64,000 bases of DNA from Casimicrobiaceae bacterium (GCA_035605875.1 DATNGN010000020.1:836-64835), one strand, 5' to 3'; positions 28,087 to 37,958 are shown, counted from the first letter of the stretch. Program-made: numbers and translations. The notes: generated by a model not told the origin, from the letters alone.

Positions 28087-28833
28087 TCACGCCGCCTTTT
28101 TCAGGAACGCTTCGAGCTCGTTCGAGCCGCCGATCAGCCGGCCGTTGACGAACACCTGCGGCACCGTCTGCGCACCCGCGATGGCGCCCACTGCCTTCGT
28201 GCGGATCGTATGCGGCAGCGGGACCTCGACGTAGTCGTAGCCGGCGTCGGCCAGCCGCTCCTTCGCCTTCGCACAGAACGAGCAGCCGTCGCGCGTCAGG
28301 ATCGCGACCTGGTCGGGCTTCTTCGCGTTCGGATTGATGTAGCGGAGCATCGTATCGGCGTCCGACACCTTGAACGGGTCGCCCGGCTCGTTCGGCTCGA
28401 CGAACATCTTCTCGATCGTGCCGTCGCGCACGAGCATCGAGTAGCGCCACGAGCGCTTGCCGAAATTGAGGTCGGATTTGTCGACGAGCATCCCCATCTT
28501 CCCGGTGAATTCACCGTTCCCGTCGGGCACGAGGAGCACGTTGCCCGCTTCCTGGTCCTTCGCCCACTCGTCCATGACGAACGGATCGTTGACCGAGATG
28601 CAGACGATCGTGTCGATCCCTTCCTTCGCGAACACCGGGGCGAGCTCGTTGTAGCGGGGCAGGTGGGTCGACGAACAGGTCGGCGTGAACGCGCCCGGCA
28701 GCGAGAACACGACGACGTTCCTGCCCGCGAAGATGTCCGCGGTGGTGAGCGTCGCCCAGTCGCCGTCTCGGCGAATGCGGAACGAGACGTCGGGGACGCG
28801 CCGGCCTTCGGGCGTGGGAGCGAGGTTGGCCAT
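28087..28833 (-). CDS. Hybrid peroxiredoxin 5-glutaredoxin (glutathione-dependent peroxidase)
   Basis: [25 protein letters not shown]; C-terminal Grx domain with CSFC and TVPQVF. Confidence 0.95.
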   Translation of the reverse strand: MANLAPTPEGRRVPDVSFRIRRDGDWATLTTADIFAGRNVVVFSLPGAFTPTCSSTHLPRYNELAPVFAKEGIDTIVCISVNDPFVMDEWAKDQEAGNVLLVPDGNGEFTGKMGMLVDKSDLNFGKRSWRYSMLVRDGTIEKMFVEPNEPGDPFKVSDADTMLRYINPNAKKPDQVAILTRDGCSFCAKAKERLADAGYDYVEVPLPHTIRTKAVGAIAGAQTVPQVFVNGRLIGGSNELEAFLKKAA

Positions 28834-28900
28834 GAAATGATCTCCTTCGTGAATGGCGTTGCGATGAATGGATAGTGGGGCTGCGCTGCCGATAACGCAA

Positions 28901-28937
28901 ATTTAATTATTGCATCGCGACAATAAGTAGTAACTAT
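28901..28937 (-). promoter_or_regulatory. OxyR-like binding site
   Basis: Minus strand ATAG-N7-TTAT-N7-ATGC-N7-AAAT, directly followed by TTGCGT-N17-CACTAT; AT-rich patch upstream of the peroxiredoxin gene. Confidence 0.7.
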
Positions 28938-29030
28938 GGGACAGCAGCGATCGCATCGGCGAGCGATGCGAGCCGGAGCCCGAGGAGAAACGTGGGGTCG
29001 GTCGCCGGGGCGCCGACGGGGGCGAAAGCG

Positions 29031-31865
29031 TCAGGCCGCGTCGGCCTGGCGCCTTTGCGTATTGCGGATCGCGCGCATGCGGCCGAACGGCACCGGCCGC
29101 GCGATGCCGAAGCCCTGCGCGTAGTCGACGCCGATGGCCCGCAGCGCCTTCAGCGTGTCGCGATGCTCGACCGATTCGGCGATCGTCTGCTTACCCATGA
29201 TGTGCCCGATCCGGTGGATCGCCTCGACCATCGCGTAGTTGACCGGATCGTGCAGCATGTCCTTCACGAAACTGCCGTCGATCTTCAGGTAGTCGACCGG
29301 CAGGTGCTTCAGGTAGGTGAACGACGACACGCCGACGCCGAAATCGTCGAGCGCGAAGCGACAGCCGAGGCTGCGCAGCTTCGTCATGAACTCGGTCGCC
29401 TTCGAAAGCGACGCCACCGCCGTCGTCTCGGTGATCTCGAAGCAGATGCTCGTGTGCGGCACCCTGTGAGCGACGAATTGCGCCTGCACGAAATCGAGGA
29501 ACGCATCGTCGCCGATCGATGCGCCGGAGACGTTGATCGCAAAGACGCCGGCCCCGGCGGGGCCCGCCTCGAATTGGCGCGCGAGGATCGCGAATGCCGA
29601 CGTGATGACCCAGCGGTCGATCGCGGGCATCAGGTGATAGCGCTCCGCGGCCGGTATGAACGACGTGGGCGGCACGAGCTCGCCGGCGTCGTCGCGAAGG
29701 CGCAGCAGGAGCTCGGTGTACGGCGACGATCCCGTCTCGCCGCGTGTCGCCTGCACCGCCTGCGCATGGAGCAGGAAGCGCTCGTCGGCGAGCGCTGCAT
29801 GGATCCGGTTGACCCACTCCATCTCGCCCTTGCGCAGCGTGACTTCGTCGCTTTCGGGGCTGTACACCTGCACGCGGTTGCGACCCTTGTCCTTGGCCAT
29901 GTAGCAGGCCGCATCGGCGGCCGACAGCACGCCGGCAAGCGTCTGCGGGCCGTCAGCGACATTGACGACGCCGACGCTGGCGCCGATCTTGAACGTGCGC
30001 TGATTCCACTGGAAATGAAAATCGCCGATCGCGGTGCGCAGCGAATCGGCAATCGCAGAGGCGGGTGCCGGCGCGCAATGCTCGAGCAGCACGCCGAACT
30101 CGTCACCGCCGAGGCGCGCCAGCGTGTCGCCTTCGCGAAGCCGCGGCCGCAGAAGCGCGCTCACCTGGCGCAGCAACTCGTCGCCCGCTGCATGTCCGCA
30201 GGTGTCGTTGACGACCTTGAACTCGTCGAGGTCGACATAGAGCACCGCATGATTGTTCGCCTCGTACTGGCTTTCGATCAACACGCTCGTGACGCGCCGC
30301 TCGAATTCGCGCCGGTTCAGAAGACCGGTCAGCGCATCGTGGCTCGCGAGATGCGCGAGGCGCATCGCATACTGGCGTTCGCGGCTCATGTCGTGAAACA
30401 CGAGCACGACGCCACCGATGTTGCGCGCATCGTCGAGGATCGGCGCCGCCGCGTAGTCGATGGCAATGGGAATTTCGTGGCGGCGGCGCAGCACGACGTT
30501 GCCTTCCGACGGGATCGTCGCGCCTTCGCGAAGCGCGCGTGCGACGGGATCGGGGACTTCGACGCCGGTGGCGTCGTCCTGCACCGAGAATACGTTCGGC
30601 AGCGGCGCGCCACGCGCCTCGTCGTTGCGGTATCCGGTCAGACGCTCGGCGACCGGGTTCATGTACTCGACGTTGCCCGCCGTGTCGACGGTGATCACCG
30701 CATCCGCGATCGATGCGAGCGTCACCTGCGCGCGCTCCTTCTGCTCGAGCGTTTCGGCTTCCGCGCGTCTGCGGTCCGAAATGTCGGTGAGCGACCCGGC
30801 CATCCGCTCGGGCTTGCCGCGCGCGCCGCGCACGGCGCGGCCGCGCATCCGAAACCAGCGCCATGCAGCGTCGGCCATGCGCAGACGGAACTCGAGATCG
30901 AACGGATCGCCGCTCGCAAGATGCTGGCGCAACCGGTGGCGCGTGAAGCGGCGATCGTCGTGATGCACGCGGCGCAGGAACGACGCCGCCGTTTCGTGCA
31001 GCGTGCCGGACGGGTATCCCAGGAGCTCCTCGAGGCGCGGCGACAGGTAGAGATCGCGATGCGCGAGGCGCCAGTCGAAGATGCCGTCGTTGGTGCCGCT
31101 GATTGCGTAGTCGTAGCGCTGCTGGCTTGCGCGCAGCGCGTCGTGGAACGCATCCTCCTTGCGCACGAGACGTTGCGTGCGGACGGCCGCCGCGGCGACG
31201 AGCGCGAGCGCGACGATCAGCGTGCCGACGGTCAGGATCAGCTCGACGCGTCGCGACGCGTCGGCGAAGGTTGCCGCGAATGCGCGCTCGACGCCGGTCA
31301 GGTCGCGGTCGAACGCGCGGATCGCGACGAGTGACGGCGAAAGGTCGACGTTTCCGCCGCGCGCGCGCTTGACCGCCGCGTGCATCGCCTGCGCCTGTTC
31401 GTCGATGCGCGCGTGCAGCGCATCGGCCTGCGACCACAGCACGACCGCCTGCGACATGAAGCGTAGGAAGCGGAAGCGGCGATAGAGATCGATCATGCTG
31501 CCGATATCGGCCGGATGGCTTCGCGCCGCCCGGAGGCTTCGCCGCACGCGCGCGAAATCGGGGAACGCGCTGTCGAGCTCCGTGCGCGCCGCTTGCGCGC
31601 CGGCGAGCACTTTCGATTCATCGACGTAGCGGTCGAAATGATCCTCGTTGCGCGTTTGTGCGTATTGCTCGAGCGCTTCGACGGCCGCCTTTTGCGCGTT
31701 CGACCAGACGGTTTCCGCGCTGATGTACGCGCGCACGCCGCGCATCACCGACAGACTCGCCATGCCGAGCGCGAGCAGCACGACGACGATCGCGACGAAG
31801 GGCCAGATTAGCCGGATGACGCGGAAGTGCGCGGGCCGGGGATTTGTCGTCGTTATGTTGTGCAT
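29031..31865 (-). CDS. Membrane-bound PAS-PAS-GGDEF-EAL c-di-GMP signalling protein
   Basis: Two TM segments, two PAS domains, HDALTGLLNRR, LGGDEF, ELLLR, ALDDFG and KIDGSF. Confidence 0.95.
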   Translation of the reverse strand: MHNITTTNPRPAHFRVIRLIWPFVAIVVVLLALGMASLSVMRGVRAYISAETVWSNAQKAAVEALEQYAQTRNEDHFDRYVDESKVLAGAQAARTELDSAFPDFARVRRSLRAARSHPADIGSMIDLYRRFRFLRFMSQAVVLWSQADALHARIDEQAQAMHAAVKRARGGNVDLSPSLVAIRAFDRDLTGVERAFAATFADASRRVELILTVGTLIVALALVAAAAVRTQRLVRKEDAFHDALRASQQRYDYAISGTNDGIFDWRLAHRDLYLSPRLEELLGYPSGTLHETAASFLRRVHHDDRRFTRHRLRQHLASGDPFDLEFRLRMADAAWRWFRMRGRAVRGARGKPERMAGSLTDISDRRRAEAETLEQKERAQVTLASIADAVITVDTAGNVEYMNPVAERLTGYRNDEARGAPLPNVFSVQDDATGVEVPDPVARALREGATIPSEGNVVLRRRHEIPIAIDYAAAPILDDARNIGGVVLVFHDMSRERQYAMRLAHLASHDALTGLLNRREFERRVTSVLIESQYEANNHAVLYVDLDEFKVVNDTCGHAAGDELLRQVSALLRPRLREGDTLARLGGDEFGVLLEHCAPAPASAIADSLRTAIGDFHFQWNQRTFKIGASVGVVNVADGPQTLAGVLSAADAACYMAKDKGRNRVQVYSPESDEVTLRKGEMEWVNRIHAALADERFLLHAQAVQATRGETGSSPYTELLLRLRDDAGELVPPTSFIPAAERYHLMPAIDRWVITSAFAILARQFEAGPAGAGVFAINVSGASIGDDAFLDFVQAQFVAHRVPHTSICFEITETTAVASLSKATEFMTKLRSLGCRFALDDFGVGVSSFTYLKHLPVDYLKIDGSFVKDMLHDPVNYAMVEAIHRIGHIMGKQTIAESVEHRDTLKALRAIGVDYAQGFGIARPVPFGRMRAIRNTQRRQADAA

Positions 31866-32061
31866 CACACGCCGCGGTGAACAGCCGCGAGCGACGGCAT
31901 CGCTGCGGCTTTGCGTCGAAGCAAGCGACACGCCAATCATGGCGGCGGGCCCATGAATTGCTTGACGGGGTTCGACGAGCTTTCATGGGGATTCCCGATT
32001 TCGTCATGCAAGCAGCCGCCGCACACGAAAGAACGAGCCCGCGTTCGCACAGGAGCGGCCG

Positions 32062-32757
32062 ATGACGCAATGCCGCATGTGCAGCCAGCGCATGACCCGT
32101 CCCGGCAGGCTCTGCCGCGAATGTGAACGCGAGCTGCAGCGCGCGCGGTTCGCGGGCGTGTCGCTCGGCGAGATCGAGCCGATGGTCGCGTCGGCGGAAG
32201 CATCGCGTCTCGTGGCCAACGACTGGCTCGCGCGTATCCGCACGCCGGGTTCCGCCATCGCTGTCGCGTTCGCGATCGGCGTTGCAGCCACCGTCGCACT
32301 GCACGTCGCCGACAATTCGGAAGCGGCGATCACGCACGGTTCCGTCATGCTCGATGCGCAGCAGGTCTCGCATCTGCGGCAGGTGTCGATCGCCAGTGCA
32401 TCGGCCGCCGCCGCCGACGATGCGCGCCGGCAGGCGATCGGCGCGCTCGAGCCGGTTCGCACGACGCCCCCGAAGTCGTCGACCCCGGACGCGCGCTCGC
32501 GCGTTGCACCGCGCACGACGGCGATCGCACAGGCCGAGACCGACGAAGCGTCGCACGTCGCGTTGCAGCGGCCGCCGGCGCACGCCGTGGCCCCGACGTT
32601 CGATGTCGAAGATGCGCTCCGCAATGCGATCGCGCATTGCGGCGACGAGCCGTTTCTCGCGCGTCCTTCTTGCGAGCAGCAGGCACGTGCGCGTTACTGC
32701 GACAGCGCGGCGCCGCTGCCGCAGTGCGTGGTGCCCGCGCGCGATTACGGTCAGTAA
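32062..32757 (+). CDS. Hypothetical protein: N-terminal zinc-ribbon-like CxxC pair, TM helix, C-terminal four-Cys domain
   Basis: CRMC..CREC; hydrophobic AIAVAFAIGVAATVAL; RBS AGGAG. Confidence 0.75.
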   Translation: MTQCRMCSQRMTRPGRLCRECERELQRARFAGVSLGEIEPMVASAEASRLVANDWLARIRTPGSAIAVAFAIGVAATVALHVADNSEAAITHGSVMLDAQQVSHLRQVSIASASAAAADDARRQAIGALEPVRTTPPKSSTPDARSRVAPRTTAIAQAETDEASHVALQRPPAHAVAPTFDVEDALRNAIAHCGDEPFLARPSCEQQARARYCDSAAPLPQCVVPARDYGQ

Positions 32758-32797
32758 GGTCGTCGCTTGCGCCGCGTTGCGGGGCGCCACAGCGCCG

Positions 32798-33415
32798 TCA
32801 GGCGGCGTTCACCCAGCCGTTCACGGTAAAGCGGGCGTCGGCGAACGCGCGTGACGGGATGTCGACGCGCGTCACTTCGTGCATCGTGCGCGCCCAGAAG
32901 AGCACGATGCGATTGTGCAGCGGCTCGATCACGCTGAACGTTTCGGCGCGCGCGAGCTTGCCGTTGCGCAGCACGTCGTCGTAGACGCGCAGCTCGCCGC
33001 CGCGAAATCCCTTCGGCTGCCGGTTGAAGTAGTAGACGTACGTCAGATGGCGTTTGCGCACCGCCTCGCCCGCGTCGGTGTGCACGCCGAAGAAGCTGCC
33101 ATCGACACTCGCGGTCACCTGCGCTTCGACGGTGCCGACCTGGATCGCCGGCAGGCGCAGCGCGGCGATCGCCTGCGGCGAGGCGCCGCGCACGCGGGAC
33201 ACGACCGGATGCACGAGATCGGCTGGCGGATTCAGCACCAGCGACTGCCGGTAGTCGGTGCGCTGGTCGTGCGTTCCCGACGCGACGAACTGCGCTTCGC
33301 TTGCGAGGACGCGGGCCAGCAGCGCCTGCCACTGCGGCTGCGGAAGGAAGTCGTCGATCACCACGACCGGGTGACGGACCACGCGCGGGGCGGGCGCCGG
33401 GGCGCTGGATTGCAT
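32798..33415 (-). CDS. 2OG-Fe(II) oxygenase (prolyl 4-hydroxylase-like)
   Basis: HTD, GGELRVY, HEV and RFTVNGW. Confidence 0.9.
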   Translation of the reverse strand: MQSSAPAPAPRVVRHPVVVIDDFLPQPQWQALLARVLASEAQFVASGTHDQRTDYRQSLVLNPPADLVHPVVSRVRGASPQAIAALRLPAIQVGTVEAQVTASVDGSFFGVHTDAGEAVRKRHLTYVYYFNRQPKGFRGGELRVYDDVLRNGKLARAETFSVIEPLHNRIVLFWARTMHEVTRVDIPSRAFADARFTVNGWVNAA

Positions 33416-33539
33416 GGCAGGGCGGCGGGAGGCGTTCGACAGTCGTACGATTCTATGCCAGCGCCTTGCCCGTGCCGGTGCAAGCCCCCATCTACGCGCC
33501 GTATGCGCTGCGCCCGGGCTTCGCCCGACGAAAGGATCC

Positions 33540-34139
33540 ATGCCTCCCATCACGACCGCGTTGATTGTCGCGAACGTGGCGATGTTCCTGCTGCAAAGCC
33601 TCGTGCCGCAGCTGATCGTCCCGCTTGCGCTGTGGCCGCTCGCGACGTCATCGACGAGCATCGGCGCGTCGTTCGCGCCGTGGCAGCTCGTCACGTATGC
33701 GTTCCTGCACGGAAGCCTGCTGCATCTCGCCTTCAACATGTTCGCGCTCTACATGTTCGGAAGCGCGATCGAGCAGGTGTTCGGTACGCGGCGCTATCTG
33801 ATCCTCTACTTCGTGTCGGTCCTGTCGGCGGCGATCACGCAGCTGATCGTTGCGATGCTGACGCACGCGATCTATCCAACGATCGGCGCATCGGGCGGCG
33901 TGTTCGGCCTCTTGCTCGCGTACGGCATGTACTTCCCCCACAACCGTGTGATGCTGCTGTTCCCGCCGATACCGATGCCGGCGCGCGTGTTCGTCGTCGT
34001 CTACGGCGCGATCGAGCTCGTGCTGGGTGTGACAGGCTCGCAGGAAGGCGTCGCGCACTTCGCGCATCTCGGTGGAATGGCGGGCGCGTATCTGCTGTTG
34101 CGGCTCTGGCGCGGCGGCATCCACCGTCGGTCGCGTTGA
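33540..34139 (+). CDS. Rhomboid family intramembrane serine protease
   Basis: PWQLVTYAFLHG..HLAFNM, IGASG and AHFAHLGG. Confidence 0.95.
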   Translation: MPPITTALIVANVAMFLLQSLVPQLIVPLALWPLATSSTSIGASFAPWQLVTYAFLHGSLLHLAFNMFALYMFGSAIEQVFGTRRYLILYFVSVLSAAITQLIVAMLTHAIYPTIGASGGVFGLLLAYGMYFPHNRVMLLFPPIPMPARVFVVVYGAIELVLGVTGSQEGVAHFAHLGGMAGAYLLLRLWRGGIHRRSR

Positions 34140-34244
34140 CATCGGTGAAGGCAAGCGCGCAAAGTGTCGGTCCGCTTGACAGTTGGAAGCGGCCGCTGTT
34201 CGTGCGCTGCGCGCTTTCCTTCGTGCCACGCGGCGCGCCGTGAA

Positions 34245-34261
34245 TTGGCAGAAATCTTGCA
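34245..34261 (+). promoter_or_regulatory. Sigma54 (-24/-12) promoter
   Basis: TTGGCAGAAATCTTGCA, close to the TGGCAC-N5-TTGCW consensus. Confidence 0.7.
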
Positions 34262-34349
34262 ATGTCGTTCGTCGTTGTCGGTTGCAGCAAAGACCGCATC
34301 CGTCGGGTGAAGGCTCGTTGCGACCGCCGCTCCGCGCATGGAGGTGCGC

Positions 34350-34532
34350 ATGAAATCGATTCTCGACCCCACGTTTCGCTACACATCCAGCGCCAATACC
34401 GATCTTCGCAAGACATTCGCGCGCATTCGTCGCGAAACGCGACGTCAGGCGCAGTCCACGACCGTGCGCGACGACGTCGATCCGGTCAAGAAGGTGACGC
34501 CGATCTTTCGCGGGCAACGGCCCGCCGCCTGA
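34350..34532 (+). CDS. Small basic hypothetical protein (60 aa)
   Basis: RBS GGAGGTG; MKSILDPTFRYTSSANTDLRKTFARIRRE. Confidence 0.75.
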   Translation: MKSILDPTFRYTSSANTDLRKTFARIRRETRRQAQSTTVRDDVDPVKKVTPIFRGQRPAA

Positions 34533-34730
34533 TTACGAGCGTTTGTTGCGGTTGCCAATAGTGGCGTCGTCGTCGGCAAGATTTGCCGATCGCGCGTCGC
34601 GGTTGGATCACCTTGGTGCGCCGTGCACGGACTTCGCAGTCCGGCACGCCCGGTTGCAATTCCCGGAAACCCCGATTGCGTGGTAAAACGGCGCGGCCGC
34701 CGCATCGGCGGCGCCGTTCGGGGGGGTCCG

Positions 34731-35783
34731 ATGCACCAGGACTGTCGCTGCACGATCCTGCCGCCACCGCTTCTGCGGCGGATCGCGCGCAATGGCAACA
34801 GCCGCCAGCGCGACGCGGCGCTCGCGACGCTCGGCGTCGACCATACGCTGCGGCTCGGCCGCGCGACGTATGCGCTTCTCGACGCCGGGACGCGGCGCGG
34901 GCTGTTCGGCATCGCGGGCGCGCAGAAGCAGCGCAGCGTCTACGACGCGCACGGCAGCGAAACGCTGCCTGGCCGGCTCGTGCGGGCAGAAGGCGCGCCG
35001 GCCGCCGCGGACGTCGAGGTGAACGAGGCGTACGACGGCCTCGGTGCGACGTACGACTTCTACGCCGAGGTGTACGACCGCAACTCGATCGACGACGAGG
35101 GCATGCACCTCGACGCCAGCGTGCATTATGGCCGCCGCTACGACAATGCGTTCTGGAACGGGCGCCAGATGGTGTTCGGCGACGGTGACGGCGATCTCTT
35201 CAACCGCTTCACGATCTCGCTCGACGTGATCGGCCACGAGCTCACCCACGGCGTGACCGGCGACGAGGCGCGGCTCGTCTACCTCGGCCAGGCCGGTGCG
35301 CTGAACGAATCGATCTCCGACGTGTTCGGCTCGCTCGTCAAGCAGTACGCGAAGCGCCAGACGGCCGACAAGGCCGATTGGCTGATCGGCGAAGGGCTTT
35401 TCACCGCCAACGTGCGCGGCGTCGCGCTGCGCTCGATGAAGGCGCCGGGCACCGCCTACGACGATCCGGTGCTGGGCCGCGATCCGCAGCCGTCGACGAT
35501 GGACGGCTACGTGCACACGTCGGCCGACGATGGCGGCGTCCACACGAACTCGGGCATTCCCAACCATGCGTTCTACCTCGCCGCGATCGCGCTCGGCGGT
35601 CATGCATGGGAGAAGGCCGGGCGGATCTGGTACGAGACACTGCGCGACCGCCGACTGAAGCCGACGGCGACGTTCCGCCAGTTCGCGCGGCTCACCGTGC
35701 AGAACGCGGCGCATTTCTTCGGCAACGGAGAGCGCAAGGCGGTGGCGGCGGCGTGGGCCGAAGTGGGCGTGAAGGCGAGCTAG
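34731..35783 (+). CDS. M4 metallopeptidase, protealysin-like
   Basis: Short propeptide CTILPPPLL, NAFWNG, HELTH, GALNESISD and GGVHTNSG; no signal peptide. Confidence 0.95.
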   Translation: MHQDCRCTILPPPLLRRIARNGNSRQRDAALATLGVDHTLRLGRATYALLDAGTRRGLFGIAGAQKQRSVYDAHGSETLPGRLVRAEGAPAAADVEVNEAYDGLGATYDFYAEVYDRNSIDDEGMHLDASVHYGRRYDNAFWNGRQMVFGDGDGDLFNRFTISLDVIGHELTHGVTGDEARLVYLGQAGALNESISDVFGSLVKQYAKRQTADKADWLIGEGLFTANVRGVALRSMKAPGTAYDDPVLGRDPQPSTMDGYVHTSADDGGVHTNSGIPNHAFYLAAIALGGHAWEKAGRIWYETLRDRRLKPTATFRQFARLTVQNAAHFFGNGERKAVAAAWAEVGVKAS

Positions 35784-35790
35784 GTTTCGG

Positions 35791-36108
35791 ATGCGCATCG
35801 ATTTTCGCTCCGACGGGGGACTGGCCGCGTTTCCCGCACTTGCCGCGCCGGTGACGATCCATTGCGATGCGTTGCCGCCTGCCGAGAATGCGCGCATTCA
35901 CGATCTCGTGCGCCGCGCCGATTTCTTCGCACTTCCCGCGCGGCCGAAGGAATCGCCGATGCCGGATGCACGCACCTACACGATCGCCGTCGACGACGGC
36001 GCGCGCTGCAACACGGTGACGGTGCGCGAGCCGATCGCCGATCCGGCGCTGCGCGACCTCGTCGCCACGCTGCGCGACAAGGCGCTGGCTGCGCGGCGCA
36101 CGCGATGA
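35791..36108 (+). CDS. Emfourin-like protealysin inhibitor
   Basis: GGLAAFP and PDARTYTI motifs; directly downstream of the M4 peptidase. Confidence 0.85.
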   Translation: MRIDFRSDGGLAAFPALAAPVTIHCDALPPAENARIHDLVRRADFFALPARPKESPMPDARTYTIAVDDGARCNTVTVREPIADPALRDLVATLRDKALAARRTR

Positions 36109-36755
36109 AAGGCGCGGTTCTCGCGCTCGCGGCGTTCGGTCTTTCCGCCTGCGTGGGCGCGCCGCCGGCCGCGCCCGGCCTCGACGGCAAGCCGCTCGGC
36201 GAGTTCTTCGACGACCTGAAGCACGAGCTGCGGGCGGTCCACTGGCGCATCCGGAGCAACGGCGCCGCGTGCGGCACGGCCGAGCTGCGCGAGATCGACC
36301 TTCGCAACGCGCAGGTTTCGCTCGACCTCGAGCGCATCGGCACGGCGAACGTCGACGGCCAGATCAAGCTGGTCGCGCTTCCGCTCGCCGGCGTCTCGGT
36401 CGCGCCGTTCGGCTCGGCGTCGGCGGGACGCAAATGGACGCAGGAGATGGTGCTGAAGCTCGACGTCACCGGGCCGTCGCGCCTCTACGACGTCGGCGAG
36501 GCGACGGGCGAGGGGGGCGCGGTCGCGCAGAGCGTGAACGCGGCGATCGACGGCTTCATGCGCTCGAGTACCGACGAGCCGTGCGTGCGGCTCACCGCCT
36601 TGAAGCTCACGCTCGTGATCGACGTCGCGCGTGACGCCGCGGGCGGATTCAGGCTCGTCGTGCCCAGCGCGCAGGTGGGCGCCGATCAATCGCGGCGCGA
36701 CGTGAACACGCTGACGCTGAGCTGGGACAAGGTCGTCTCGAACGCGCTGCGCTAG
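36105..36755 (+). CDS. Lipoprotein with two Trypco2-like repeats
   Basis: Lipobox LSAC; ATGA overlap with the emfourin gene; helix + beta-hairpin pattern occurs twice. Confidence 0.7.
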   Translation: MKGAVLALAAFGLSACVGAPPAAPGLDGKPLGEFFDDLKHELRAVHWRIRSNGAACGTAELREIDLRNAQVSLDLERIGTANVDGQIKLVALPLAGVSVAPFGSASAGRKWTQEMVLKLDVTGPSRLYDVGEATGEGGAVAQSVNAAIDGFMRSSTDEPCVRLTALKLTLVIDVARDAAGGFRLVVPSAQVGADQSRRDVNTLTLSWDKVVSNALR

Positions 36756-36987
36756 CGGCGAGCGTCATCGCGTCGAAACCGCTCGTGGTCCTACACCAAA
36801 TCGAGTGCGGGGCCGATACGTTCGCGCACATCGGGTCCCGATACTGCGTTCATGGGCGCGGGGCGCGCCCGATCTTGTGCGACGAACGCATCATGCGCGA
36901 AAAGTTGATGAACCGAACCACGCTCGACGTGCTGCTGGTGGTATTGCTGCTCGCGTGGGTTTTGCAGCCGCTTCCGTTCTGATGGAT

Positions 36988-37845
36988 TCAACGCGCGACG
37001 CGCAGCGTCGCCGCGACCGGATTGTGATCCGATGAGGTGACGATCGTCGCATGCGCTGCGATGGTGGCGAGATCGCGCACGTAGATGTGGTCGAGCTCGT
37101 GGCCGAAGAAATGGCTGCGCGCGTCCGGCGTGAACCGTACTTCCGTGAGGCCGAGGCGCGACGCCAGGTGGCGCACCGCCTGCGCGCGCGCGTCGGTCCA
37201 CGTGTTGAGGTCGCCGGCGACGATCAGCGGCCCACGGTGTTGCGCGAGCGCGTCGCCGATCGCCGCGAGCTGCTCGCGGTAGGCGCCGAGCGACAGCGAG
37301 AAGTTGATCGCATGCACGTTGACGACCGCCAGCGTCTCTTGGCGTCCTTCCAGCGCAAACCACGAGATCACCGCCGACTTCGGGATGCGCAACAACGGCT
37401 CGACGACGCGCTGCGTGCAGTTCGCGATCGCCGGGATGCGCGAGGCGCTCATCACGCCGATGTCGGTCCCCGACTCGAGGAACGAGCTCGCCATCACGAA
37501 GCGCAACCCCTCCGCGTGAATGATCTTTTCGAGTGCCGGATCGAGCACCGTTTCCTGCAGCAGCACGAGGTCGTTGCGGTCGCTGACGCGTCGCAAGTCG
37601 CGCTGCCAGCCTCGATCGGCCTGCTTGTGGATGTTCCAGGTGACGAGGCGAATCGCGTCGGGATCGAGGCCTTCGCGCGGGGTGCGCGGCTGCGTCGCGA
37701 GCATCTGCTCGATCGCGTGCGGACAGGCGAGCGTCTGGACCGCAACCGACCCATCGTCACGCAGCAGCAGCGCGCGCGGCTTGGCCGTGACCGAGACGCA
37801 GCCGGCTACGGCAACGGCGAACGCGGCGCAGGCGACACGCGCCAT
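36988..37845 (-). CDS. Endonuclease/exonuclease/phosphatase family lipoprotein
   Basis: Lipobox VAGC, TWNIHK, LQE, NVHAINF, AGDLN, LDHI and SSDHNP; start uncertain. Confidence 0.9.
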   Translation of the reverse strand: MARVACAAFAVAVAGCVSVTAKPRALLLRDDGSVAVQTLACPHAIEQMLATQPRTPREGLDPDAIRLVTWNIHKQADRGWQRDLRRVSDRNDLVLLQETVLDPALEKIIHAEGLRFVMASSFLESGTDIGVMSASRIPAIANCTQRVVEPLLRIPKSAVISWFALEGRQETLAVVNVHAINFSLSLGAYREQLAAIGDALAQHRGPLIVAGDLNTWTDARAQAVRHLASRLGLTEVRFTPDARSHFFGHELDHIYVRDLATIAAHATIVTSSDHNPVAATLRVAR

Positions 37846-37958
37846 GCAGCGGCGCAGATGCAGCGCCGGACAACGTGGAACGCGGAGCGCCGCGCGACGC
37901 CGAACGCGAAAACGGCGGCCGCGCAGCGCCGGGCCGCCGTCGTTCGTCATGCGAGGGA

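Noticed and set aside
411-31334. Many long alternative-frame ORFs (e.g. 411-1838, 2370-4631, 12257-14845, 20522-22609, 28992-31334)
   Set aside because: Arg/Ala/Pro-rich shadows expected from stop-codon scarcity at high GC; each overlaps a motif-supported gene
34213-34228. Minus-strand TGGCACG sigma54-like motif
   Set aside because: GG-to-GC spacing is 11 rather than 10, and it points antisense into the rhomboid gene
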